DNA of 64,000 nucleotides from an uncultured Spirochaetales bacterium (GTDB taxonomy: Bacteria; Spirochaetota; Spirochaetia; JAFGXN01): NCBI GenBank assembly GCA_949289575.1, contig CASEOG010000002.1, forward strand, positions 92,590 through 156,589, in the 5' to 3' direction. The notes below the pieces were generated by a model. The model made no database searches. It worked only from the letters and a program-made list of their open reading frames with translations, and was not told the DNA's origin. This document shows, one piece after another, positions 56,189 through 64,000 of the stretch. How positions within the stretch are numbered: position 1 is the first letter of the stretch; every line of letters starts with the position of its first letter. Made by a program: the position numbers and the translations under genes.

Positions 56189-58171
56189 ATGGCAGCGGAT
56201 CGAAGCCGGAGCGAAGAGGCCGGACACCTTGCGGAGCTTCTCAGACAGTATCAGTACGAGTACTACGTGCTCGGCCATCCGTCGGTCGGCGATTTGGAGT
56301 ACGACCGGCTGCTTGCGCGGCTGAGTGCACTCGAAAATGAGTTTCCCGAACTGAAGAAACCGGATTCTCCGACACAGCGGGTCGGATCCGATTTGGAATC
56401 CGGTTTTCCGGAAATTGCCCACACCGTACCTGTGCTCAGTCTGGATAAAGCATACTCACCCGAAGAGGTGATTACCTGGATGAAAAAGCTTCCCGAAGGG
56501 ACCGAGTTTTCCGCCGAGCAAAAGATTGACGGAATATCGATTGTTTTATATTACGAGGAAGGTGTCCTGCAACATGCCGTAACAAGAGGAAACGGATTTG
56601 TCGGAAATGACGTCACGGACAATGTCCGGACCATCGGTTCGGTGCCGCTGCGCATTCCTTACAACGGCTCACTGGCTGTCCGCGGCGAAATCTATCTTCC
56701 GAAACAGGCGTTTGCGGCAATCAACCAAACATTGGAAGTTCCTTTTGCCAATCCGAGAAACCTTGCCGCCGGAATTATCAGGCGGAAACAGAGCCGCGAG
56801 GTAGCCTCCGTTCCGCTGGAAATTTTTGTTTACGAAGGTTTTTTCGAAGTTCCGCCGCCCGACCATAAAACGGTGCTGGAGCAGTTAAAGGAATTCGGAT
56901 TCCGGCTGAATCCCCATACCGAGTTTATGCCGGCGGGAGAAGAAGCGTTGCGCCGGTTTATAGAAAGAGAGACACAGAACCGTTTGCGGCTGCCGTATGA
57001 AATCGACGGCCTTGTCTTCAAAGTTTCGTCTCTCCGTGACCGGGATGCGCTCGGATATACGGAACATCACCCGAAATGGGCTATCGCCTATAAATTCGAA
57101 TCTCCGTCGGGGGAGACGGTTGTCGAGCGGATTGATGTACAGATCGGGCGTACGGGACGAATGACTCCGGTTGCCCGCGTCGTTCCTGTGGAAATCGGCG
57201 GATCGGTTATTTCGAATGTCACGCTCCATAATCAGGATTATATCGATATGCTGGAATTGTCGGTCGGCGACAGGGTGCAGGTTTCAAAACGCGGCGATGT
57301 GATTCCGGCTGTCGAACAGGTTGTCGAAAAAAATGAGGGAGCACCGATTTACAGAATGCCGGACAGGTGTCCCGAGTGCGGGGCAGATATCCGGATTTCG
57401 GGAGCTCACCGCTATTGTCCCGATTACAATTGCCCCGCGCAGAAACGGGGGCGGCTGAAATTTTTTATCGGACGGGATCAGATGAACATCGAAAATCTCG
57501 GCGGAGAAACGATGGACTTTCTGATAGAAAAAGGGTTTATATCTTCCGTCGAAGACATTTACCTGTTTGATTACAATCGGCTGGCGGAATACGACGGATT
57601 CGGCGAAAAGAAAATCGCCCTGATTCGCAACGGAGTCGAAAAAAGCAGAAAACAGCCGTTTGCCAAGGTGCTGGTTTCTCTCGGAATCCCCGAGCTGGGA
57701 CCGAAAACCGTTTCTCTCCTGATTGATTCCGGTCTGAATAACATCGATTTATGGCTTGATGCGGCAAAAAACCGGAAAAAGGAGCTTTTCGACACCGTAA
57801 AAGGAATCGGATCGTCGATTGCCGACTCGGTAACAGAGGCTCTGAACAGTCCGGAGATGATGCGTGTTATCGAAGCGTTGAGAAAAGCGGGTCTGTCATT
57901 CGAGGCCGAAAAGAAGGAAACGGCCGTCAATGTTCACTTTACGGGACGGTCATGGTGTGTTACGGGGAGCTTCGATGCTTTTAAACCGAGAGATTTGGCA
58001 AAGATCGAAATCGAAAAACGGGGAGGGCGTGTTGTTTCTTCGGTTTCGGCCAAGACTGACTATCTGCTGGCCGGTCACGATGCGGGAAGTAAACTGGATA
58101 AAGCGGTTGCGGTCGGTGTTTCCGTCATCGACGAAAAGCGTTTTTTGGAAATGCTGAAGGAGGATCAATGA
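56189..58171 (+). CDS. ligA: NAD-dependent DNA ligase
   Basis: KIDGISI (KxDG adenylation motif), zinc-finger cysteines CPECGA…C…C, HhH and C-terminal BRCT pattern. Confidence 0.9.
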   Translation: MAADRSRSEEAGHLAELLRQYQYEYYVLGHPSVGDLEYDRLLARLSALENEFPELKKPDSPTQRVGSDLESGFPEIAHTVPVLSLDKAYSPEEVITWMKKLPEGTEFSAEQKIDGISIVLYYEEGVLQHAVTRGNGFVGNDVTDNVRTIGSVPLRIPYNGSLAVRGEIYLPKQAFAAINQTLEVPFANPRNLAAGIIRRKQSREVASVPLEIFVYEGFFEVPPPDHKTVLEQLKEFGFRLNPHTEFMPAGEEALRRFIERETQNRLRLPYEIDGLVFKVSSLRDRDALGYTEHHPKWAIAYKFESPSGETVVERIDVQIGRTGRMTPVARVVPVEIGGSVISNVTLHNQDYIDMLELSVGDRVQVSKRGDVIPAVEQVVEKNEGAPIYRMPDRCPECGADIRISGAHRYCPDYNCPAQKRGRLKFFIGRDQMNIENLGGETMDFLIEKGFISSVEDIYLFDYNRLAEYDGFGEKKIALIRNGVEKSRKQPFAKVLVSLGIPELGPKTVSLLIDSGLNNIDLWLDAAKNRKKELFDTVKGIGSSIADSVTEALNSPEMMRVIEALRKAGLSFEAEKKETAVNVHFTGRSWCVTGSFDAFKPRDLAKIEIEKRGGRVVSSVSAKTDYLLAGHDAGSKLDKAVAVGVSVIDEKRFLEMLKEDQ

Positions 58172-58953
58172 GGCGTTTCGTTTTGGCGTTGGTGATTGCG
58201 GCTTTGCCGTTTTGCGGATTTTCTCAGGATGCGGATGATTGGGGCTTTTGGCAGTCCGAGCCCGAAATCGGAGAGTACGTCGGATCGGATGATGAAGAGG
58301 TTCTTTCCGGAGAATCCGATTCGGTTGTGATGTCGAAATCCGAAGACCAGTCTGATGAATCCGACGGTGAACCGGTAACCGTCTCCGATTCTCCTTGGGG
58401 ATTCGGCAATTTGCGATTGGGAATGGCGATGGAGGATGTCAAAACAGTCTTGTCGGAGAGCAAGGATTTTTCGTATCGTCATTTTACCGAATCGATGCTT
58501 CCCTATACTGAACTACCGGTGTTTGAATGCAAGGGAACCCATTTTATAGAAAGAGCTGTTTTCCAGTTTTACGAAGACAGACTTTATTCGATGACTGTTT
58601 TTTTTGACAGGCGGAAAATCGATTTTTATACGCTGTTTACGACGCTGACTTCCGAATACGGTCCCCATTCCGAATTGGATCCGCGCCGTATTGTGTGGGA
58701 TAACGGAGCTTCGCGGATGACACTGACAAAACCGCTGACGCTCTCTTTTCTGGATGCGGCAGTGCATCGGGAGCTTCTGGATAAATCGGAGATTCGAAAA
58801 GACAGCGAATATATGCGAAAACAGGAATTTTTACGGCAGTTCGGTTTCGGGAATCATTCGGTAACGCCGGAAAACGAAGACGGAAAAACAGCGGGAATAT
58901 CGGAAACCGGAGAAATTCGGTCCGAAACGGAGTCTGCCGATGAAAGGCGCTAA
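58168..58953 (+). CDS. Hypothetical secreted protein
   Basis: Signal peptide (LALVIAALPFCGFSQ). ATGA overlap with ligA. No family recognised. Confidence 0.5.
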   Translation: MRRFVLALVIAALPFCGFSQDADDWGFWQSEPEIGEYVGSDDEEVLSGESDSVVMSKSEDQSDESDGEPVTVSDSPWGFGNLRLGMAMEDVKTVLSESKDFSYRHFTESMLPYTELPVFECKGTHFIERAVFQFYEDRLYSMTVFFDRRKIDFYTLFTTLTSEYGPHSELDPRRIVWDNGASRMTLTKPLTLSFLDAAVHRELLDKSEIRKDSEYMRKQEFLRQFGFGNHSVTPENEDGKTAGISETGEIRSETESADERR

Positions 58954-59386
58954 ATTGTCGCTGCTGTTTGCGGCGTTCTGTCTTTTTTGTTCCTGCCGTC
59001 AGCTCCCGGAAGTCGTGATTAACGGGCACCGGTTCTCGGTTGAGCTGGCGGTGACGCCCTCCGAGCGGGCCCGCGGCCTGATGTTTCGCGAATCGCTGCC
59101 CCGGCATCACGGTATGTTGTTTGTTTTTGAAGTCGAACAGCCGCTTTCGTTTTGGATGCAAAATACGTCGATTCCGTTGTCCGTTGCTTACATCGATGAA
59201 AACGGTATTATTACCGATATTCTCGATATGGAGCCTTACGACTTATCATCTGTTTCCTCTTCCCGCCCGGCACGTTATGCGCTGGAAGTGAACCGGGGGG
59301 AATTTCGGGAAAAGGGCATTCGCCCCGGGAATCGGGTCATTTTTCCGGCGGAAGTGATAAAAATGAAGGAAAGTAACGGGCAATAG
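58940..59386 (+). CDS. DUF192-domain lipoprotein
   Basis: Lipobox LFCSC. GLMFRESLP…GMLFVF…FWMQNTSIPLSVAYID pattern characteristic of DUF192. Confidence 0.65.
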   Translation: MKGAKLSLLFAAFCLFCSCRQLPEVVINGHRFSVELAVTPSERARGLMFRESLPRHHGMLFVFEVEQPLSFWMQNTSIPLSVAYIDENGIITDILDMEPYDLSSVSSSRPARYALEVNRGEFREKGIRPGNRVIFPAEVIKMKESNGQ

Positions 59387-59933
59387 CCAGTCGAAGTTGA
59401 GCCATCGGCAAGCCGACAACATTGGAATAGGATCCGCTTATTTTCGAAAAAAGCCATTCGCCCGCATTTTGGATTCGATAACCGCCTGCTGCATTTTTCC
59501 ATTCATCCGTATTCAGATAACGTTCTTTCCATTCGGCCGTGAGTGGTGTCATGTAAATCTTTGTTGAAACCGTTTGTGTTATCTCCTTATTTCCGCATCG
59601 GAGAGTAAAGCCTGTTACGACCCGGTGGGGCCGTCCGGACAGAAGATCCAGCATTTCCGAAGCTTCTTCCCGGGAAGCCGGTTTTCCGAGAAGCCGGCCG
59701 CGGGCAGAGACCAGCGTGTCGGCGGCAATAATCAACGTTTGAGGATGATTTCCGGTCTGACGGCCTGCTGCTTCCGCTTTCAGTTGCGATAGCCGGGCCG
59801 TTTCTTTTTTCGGATTGCGGCTTCGAAGCGTTTCGTCGGTTTCCGTCGGAAGAATCTCAAAGCGGGGAAAGAGCAGGGAAAGCAGACGGTGCCGCTGGGG
59901 AGACGCGGATGCCAGAATAATTTTTTCTTCCAT
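59337..59933 (-). CDS. maf: Maf-family nucleoside-triphosphate pyrophosphatase (septum formation protein Maf)
   Basis: ILASASPQR motif and Maf fold pattern. C-terminal 50 nt overlap the convergent DUF192 gene. Confidence 0.8.
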   Translation of the reverse strand: MEEKIILASASPQRHRLLSLLFPRFEILPTETDETLRSRNPKKETARLSQLKAEAAGRQTGNHPQTLIIAADTLVSARGRLLGKPASREEASEMLDLLSGRPHRVVTGFTLRCGNKEITQTVSTKIYMTPLTAEWKERYLNTDEWKNAAGGYRIQNAGEWLFSKISGSYSNVVGLPMAQLRLAIARYFPSFLSLPPEK

Positions 59934-59945
59934 AAAAATATTGTC

Positions 59946-60674
59946 CTAATCTCTCCGATTCAGGATGCCCGATCTCAAAATCCAGTAGACGAGTTGAAGA
60001 AGCGAACCGATTGCGGCCGCTACATAGGTGAGAGCGGCAGCCGAAAGCACTTTCTTAACCGATTCCTGTTCTTCACCCGATCGGATAATTCCCGCATTTT
60101 CCAGTTCGACCAGTGCCCGGCGCGAGGCGTCGGTTTCCACGGGAACCGTTACAAGCGTGAATACGAAAACCGTTGCATACAGAATGATACCGATTAGTGC
60201 CAGGTAATATCCCAAAGACAAATTCCCCGATGCTGCCTGATAGGCACTTCCGAGAATCATACCTAAAATGACCATCCACAACCCGACAGAAGAGCCGATA
60301 TTGGCCAGCGGCACAATTGTCGAACGGAAACGCAACAGCTTATAGCCCGTGGCATGCTGAATCGCATGTCCCGTTTCGTGGGCCGCCACGCCTACGGAAG
60401 AGGCCGAAGTCCCTTCGAAGACTTCCGGGCTTAATACCAGTTTTTTGGAAACCGGATTGTAGTGGTCGGTCAGATAACCGCGGCCTTTAACGATGTCGAC
60501 GTCCGTGATGCCGTTTTTCCGGAGAATGCGGGCCGCTGTTTCGGCACCGGTCAGACCCGAAGAAACGTACACTCTTTTTCCGGCGGCAAAAGCCGTTTTG
60601 ACTTTGAACGATGCTGCCGCGGAGAGAATCAGACAGACAATCATAATCAGCATATAGAGCGGATCGAAAAACAT
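59946..60674 (-). CDS. YugP-like membrane zinc metallopeptidase
   Basis: HETGHAIQH (HExxH) motif between TM segments. Confidence 0.7.
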   Translation of the reverse strand: MFFDPLYMLIMIVCLILSAAASFKVKTAFAAGKRVYVSSGLTGAETAARILRKNGITDVDIVKGRGYLTDHYNPVSKKLVLSPEVFEGTSASSVGVAAHETGHAIQHATGYKLLRFRSTIVPLANIGSSVGLWMVILGMILGSAYQAASGNLSLGYYLALIGIILYATVFVFTLVTVPVETDASRRALVELENAGIIRSGEEQESVKKVLSAAALTYVAAAIGSLLQLVYWILRSGILNRRD

Positions 60675-60795
60675 CTTTTATCCTCCGAATTGACTTTTTC
60701 CTTAATTTACATAGAAAAAGCGGGAAAGTCAAACGGGATTTTGAATTTTAGGATTTGTGCTTGACATTCCGTTCGGGGCGTCCGATAATAAAAAT

Positions 60796-62139
60796 ATGAG
60801 TTTTGTCGATATACTGATTATTTTTATCCCCATCATTATAGTTCTGGTTATTGTCGTTCTTTCTTTTTCCGTTTTCTTTCGGATGGAGAAGATTCCGACA
60901 GGGGGCGCGCGCAGTTCGTCCGGAAAAGTGAAAGGGGTTCGCGAGGGAGCTCCGCTTCCCAAAAATGCCAAGTCACAGCAGGATTTGGCGAATTATTATT
61001 ACGAAATGGGCAATTACGCAAAAGCGGCACAGATTTATGCGGTTTTGGTCAACGGCGCGATGGTGAACCGCCGCCTGGACGGATTTAATATTTCTCTGCG
61101 TTACGGAATCAGTCTGATGAAAACAGGTCATCTCGACCAGGCATACAAATACGTTGCGGATGCTTTTTTAATGAACCGATCCGATTTTACGGCGGCCTCG
61201 ACTTTGGGAATGATTGAATATATGCGGGGAAATTACGATACGGCTATTATCCGTTTTAAAATAGCGGATCAGCTTCAGCCGAGGGACCGTCAGGTTCGAA
61301 AATATATCGGATTGTGCCTTTTCAGGCTGAGTAAATATAACGAGGCCTATCCGCTTCTGTCGGCCTGTCTCGATTTCGATCCCGATAATCACGAACTGAT
61401 GTACAGTGTCGCCAAATGCTGCTGTCAGATGGGGAAAAACGAAGAAGCGTTAAAGACCTTTAATTATTTGAAAAACGATGAGGAGTACGGCTCGCTGGCC
61501 TGCCTGGAAGCCGGAGGAATTTATCTTTCCAAAGGGATGAACGACGAGGCGCTCTCTCTTTTTCAGCAGGCAGCTTCCGCCCATAATCTCGGATATGAAG
61601 AATCGATGGAGCTTCAGTACCGTACCGGAATTGCCCATTTGCGGAAAAACGAGCTGACGACGGCTATGAATATTTTTACCGAGTTGAGTAAGATTAAAGC
61701 GGATTATAAAGATGTCCGTCTGCTGTTGGATAAATACGGAGCGATATCTTCGAATAAGGGTCTGTCGGGATATATGTTTGCGGAAGAAGGCGAGTTCAGT
61801 GATATCTGCCGTCGGCTGATCGATCTGCTTTTCCCGAAAGCGGGAATCAAAATTCTCGAATCATCGTTTTCGGCCAACAGATATATGGAAATCTTTGCCA
61901 ATATCGAAACATCAAAATGGGAAGACAATGTTCTGTTCCGGTTTTACAGAAGCAATTTCACCATTGACGAAGTGCCGATTCGCGAGTTTTATGCCAAGAT
62001 GAGAGATCGGAAAATCAACAGAGGATTTTGCCTGACCGCCGGTTCCTTTTCCGATTCGGCGAAATCGTTTACGGAAGCCCGCTATATCGATTTGGTCGAG
62101 GGACCCCAGCTGGAAGATTTGCTGAAGAAATTGAGTTAA
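60796..62139 (+). CDS. Membrane-anchored TPR-repeat protein with C-terminal restriction-endonuclease-fold (Mrr_cat-like) domain lacking catalytic residues
   Basis: N-terminal TM helix, about 6 TPR-like repeats. C-terminal FSDICRRLIDLLFPKAGIKI … GFCLTAGSFSDSAKSFTEARYIDLVEGPQLEDLL matches the Mrr_cat fold pattern, but the D/QxK catalytic positions are substituted. ATG at 60796 follows the putative promoter. Confidence 0.5.
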   Translation: MSFVDILIIFIPIIIVLVIVVLSFSVFFRMEKIPTGGARSSSGKVKGVREGAPLPKNAKSQQDLANYYYEMGNYAKAAQIYAVLVNGAMVNRRLDGFNISLRYGISLMKTGHLDQAYKYVADAFLMNRSDFTAASTLGMIEYMRGNYDTAIIRFKIADQLQPRDRQVRKYIGLCLFRLSKYNEAYPLLSACLDFDPDNHELMYSVAKCCCQMGKNEEALKTFNYLKNDEEYGSLACLEAGGIYLSKGMNDEALSLFQQAASAHNLGYEESMELQYRTGIAHLRKNELTTAMNIFTELSKIKADYKDVRLLLDKYGAISSNKGLSGYMFAEEGEFSDICRRLIDLLFPKAGIKILESSFSANRYMEIFANIETSKWEDNVLFRFYRSNFTIDEVPIREFYAKMRDRKINRGFCLTAGSFSDSAKSFTEARYIDLVEGPQLEDLLKKLS

Positions 62140-62765
62140 ATTTTTCGAATCAAAAGCAGATGCCGTTCGGCCTGATAAAAAGGGTTATCGAGAATTGTGA
62201 TTTCCGTTTTTGAGAGATTCGGCCGGGCGGCGTCCAGATCATGCCGTAAGGCCGCTTCCGTTCCTTTATACGCGGCAATCATGCCTCCCGCTTTTGTAAT
62301 CGTCAGCAGCGGTGCGATGAATTCATCGAACTGACGGAAAGCGCGGAAGGTGACGCAGTCAAACTGCCTGTCCGAATCCTTCAAATCGCGGTTTTCGACG
62401 CAAACGCGGTCGCTTAAACCGCAGACGGCCGCGGCATAACGCAAAAACGAGGCCCGCTTTGCCGACCGTTCGATCAGTGTCATTCGGGTCGATGTCCAAA
62501 AAACGGCCAGCGGGATTCCGGGGATGCCGCAGCCCGAGCCGACATCGGCGGCTGTCTCCGGCCCGGCGGTTCCCAGAACGGGTAACCCGGCGAGAGCATC
62601 AAAAAGATGGCGGCGCAAAAGCGTTTCTTCGTCATCCGCCTTTACCAGATTCAGTTTTTGATTGACGGCAAGCAGTTCCGATGTGTAGCGTTCCAGCTGA
62701 TGCCGCTGCGTTTCGGTCGGATTCAGCCCGAATGCGGCGAACGCTTCGTCCCAAAGCCGGTTCAT
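62136..62765 (-). CDS. rsmG: 16S rRNA (guanine527-N7)-methyltransferase RsmG (GidB)
   Basis: [15 protein letters not shown]-binding motif. Immediately downstream of mnmG. Confidence 0.85.
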   Translation of the reverse strand: MNRLWDEAFAAFGLNPTETQRHQLERYTSELLAVNQKLNLVKADDEETLLRRHLFDALAGLPVLGTAGPETAADVGSGCGIPGIPLAVFWTSTRMTLIERSAKRASFLRYAAAVCGLSDRVCVENRDLKDSDRQFDCVTFRAFRQFDEFIAPLLTITKAGGMIAAYKGTEAALRHDLDAARPNLSKTEITILDNPFYQAERHLLLIRKI

Positions 62766-64000
62766 TTCTGTCTCCGGCGGGAAAGGGCGACCATCATGAC
62801 CGCAATATCGGAGGTGCGGACGCCCGATATGCGTCCCGCCTGACCGATGGAAAGCGGACGGACGGTTTTGAACTTTTGCCGCGATTCGGAAGAGAGTCCG
62901 TCGACCGCATCATAGTCGAAATCGTCCGGAATTTTCATCTCTTCCATCCGTTTCATTTTATCGACCTGATCGTTCTGCCGCGAAACATAGCCCTCGTATT
63001 TGACATCGAGTTCGGTCTGATCGAGAATGGCGGACGGGTAGCGGGTCAGAGCCGGTTCCAGCGCCGTCAAATCCTGCATCGTGATTTCGGGAGATTTCAG
63101 TGTCTGAAAAAAGGATCGTCCGGCATGGCGGATGCCGTCGAGTGATTCGGTTTCGGTCTCCCTGACTTTTCTCTGCCGTAAAAGTTCTTTGACTTCGTCG
63201 ATCTGTTCCGTTTTGCGGCGCAGGCGCTCCATTGCCGCTTCGGATTGGAGTCCGATGGCATAGCCTTTCGGCGTCAGCCTCTGGTCGGCGGTGTCGTGAC
63301 GGAGATTGAGCCGGTATTCGGCGCGCGAAGTGAACATCCGGTACGGCTCTTTGGTGCCGAGCGTGACCAGGTCGTCGATGAGGACGCCGATATAGGCCTC
63401 GAACCGCGTTAAAATCAGCGGCTCTTTGCCGTCCAGCTTCAGCGCCGCGTTGATGCCGGCCATCAGCCCCTGTCCGGCCGCCTCTTCGTATCCGGAGGTG
63501 CCGTTGGTCTGCCCCGCGGAAAACAGTCCGCTCAGACGGCGTGATTCGAGCGACGGTTTCAGCTGCATCGGGTCGATATAGTCGTATTCGACCGCATAAG
63601 CGGGGCGGCAGATGCGGATATTTTTCAGTCCCGGGAGTGTGCGCAAAAACCGGATTTGCACATCTTCCGGAAGCGATGTGGAAATGCCGTTGAGATACAT
63701 TTCATCGGAATCAAGCCCTTCCGGTTCGATAAAAATCTGATGCCGTTCCCGATCGGGGAATCGGTGCACCTTGTCCTCAATCGAAGGACAGTAACGGGGA
63801 CCGGTCCCGACAATTTTACCGCCGTAGAGCGGCGACCGGTGCATATTTTCCGTAATGATGCGGTGGGTTTCGTTGTTGGTGTAAGTGATAAAGCAGTCGA
63901 CGGAGGGGCGGGAAACGGTATCGTAGGCAAACGAAAACGGCTGCATCACCGCATCCGGCTCCTGCCGTTCCGTTTCGGAAAAATCGATGGAGCGGCGCGA
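62762..64000 (-). CDS. mnmG: tRNA uridine 5-carboxymethylaminomethyl modification enzyme MnmG (GidA), C-terminal about 410 codons; N-terminus beyond window end
   Basis: Conserved MnmG blocks ([56 protein letters not shown]). The ORF runs open to the window edge. Confidence 0.9.
   Translation of the reverse strand, partial: SRRSIDFSETERQEPDAVMQPFSFAYDTVSRPSVDCFITYTNNETHRIITENMHRSPLYGGKIVGTGPRYCPSIEDKVHRFPDRERHQIFIEPEGLDSDEMYLNGISTSLPEDVQIRFLRTLPGLKNIRICRPAYAVEYDYIDPMQLKPSLESRRLSGLFSAGQTNGTSGYEEAAGQGLMAGINAALKLDGKEPLILTRFEAYIGVLIDDLVTLGTKEPYRMFTSRAEYRLNLRHDTADQRLTPKGYAIGLQSEAAMERLRRKTEQIDEVKELLRQRKVRETETESLDGIRHAGRSFFQTLKSPEITMQDLTALEPALTRYPSAILDQTELDVKYEGYVSRQNDQVDKMKRMEEMKIPDDFDYDAVDGLSSESRQKFKTVRPLSIGQAGRISGVRTSDIAVMMVALSRRRQK

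Noticed and set aside
1-64000. Prophage, integrase, transposase or other mobile element
   Set aside because: No integrase, transposase, terminase or capsid-like ORFs and no long direct repeats were seen. The AT-rich patches contain ordinary metabolic or cell-envelope genes.

Overview
This is a gene-dense bacterial chromosomal window on both strands with about 57 protein genes and one tRNA. It contains no rRNA, CRISPR array, transposase, integrase or obvious prophage. It looks like a diderm, motile, probably anaerobic organism (Omp85, Wzz, RlpA/SPOR, tandem MCPs), possibly Spirochaetota/Treponema-like. GC is moderately high with several AT-richer patches; both the phylum guess and the GC impression are unverified.

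Housekeeping blocks that are easy to recognise:
- mnmG-rsmG (gidAB) at the right edge.
- recG and dnaE overlapping.
- ligA.
- a long overlapping minus-strand operon ilvE-rsmD-hisZ-hisG-hisB-(small protein)-TPR-rlmN.
- apbE, pepT, a ptsN-like EIIA, a GDPD phosphodiesterase and an AzgA-type nucleobase permease.

Accessory or less-understood blocks worth a second look:
1. A tightly overlapping CBS/GHKL-kinase + two DRTGG + PHP-phosphoesterase module (250-2621).
2. A nucleobase-permease / SPL-family radical SAM / AT-rich orphan membrane protein operon (10552-14580).
3. A GlpA-like flavoprotein, an oxidoreductase-DUF1667 fusion, and a FAD-linked oxidase that by eye looks like alkyl-DHAP synthase (AGPS) including the HHH loop (21568-26682), suggesting an ether-lipid precursor route.
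4. A 64-aa zinc-ribbon gene with a perfect consensus sigma70 promoter, strong RBS and intrinsic terminator (26693-26988).
5. A TetR-linked cluster of a HemL-like aminomutase, an active/degenerate class II aldolase pair and a FadH-like OYE-FeS-FAD reductase (29205-34858).
6. An AT-rich xanthine-dehydrogenase-family three-subunit cluster (47166-50588) next to a polysaccharide locus (DegT, CapD-like, Wzz).
7. An RlpA/SPOR protein carrying 10 perfect 21-bp tandem repeats.
8. A TPR membrane protein with a degenerate Mrr-like nuclease-fold domain.

All functional calls come from reading motifs in the provided translations. No database search or composition calculation was run.
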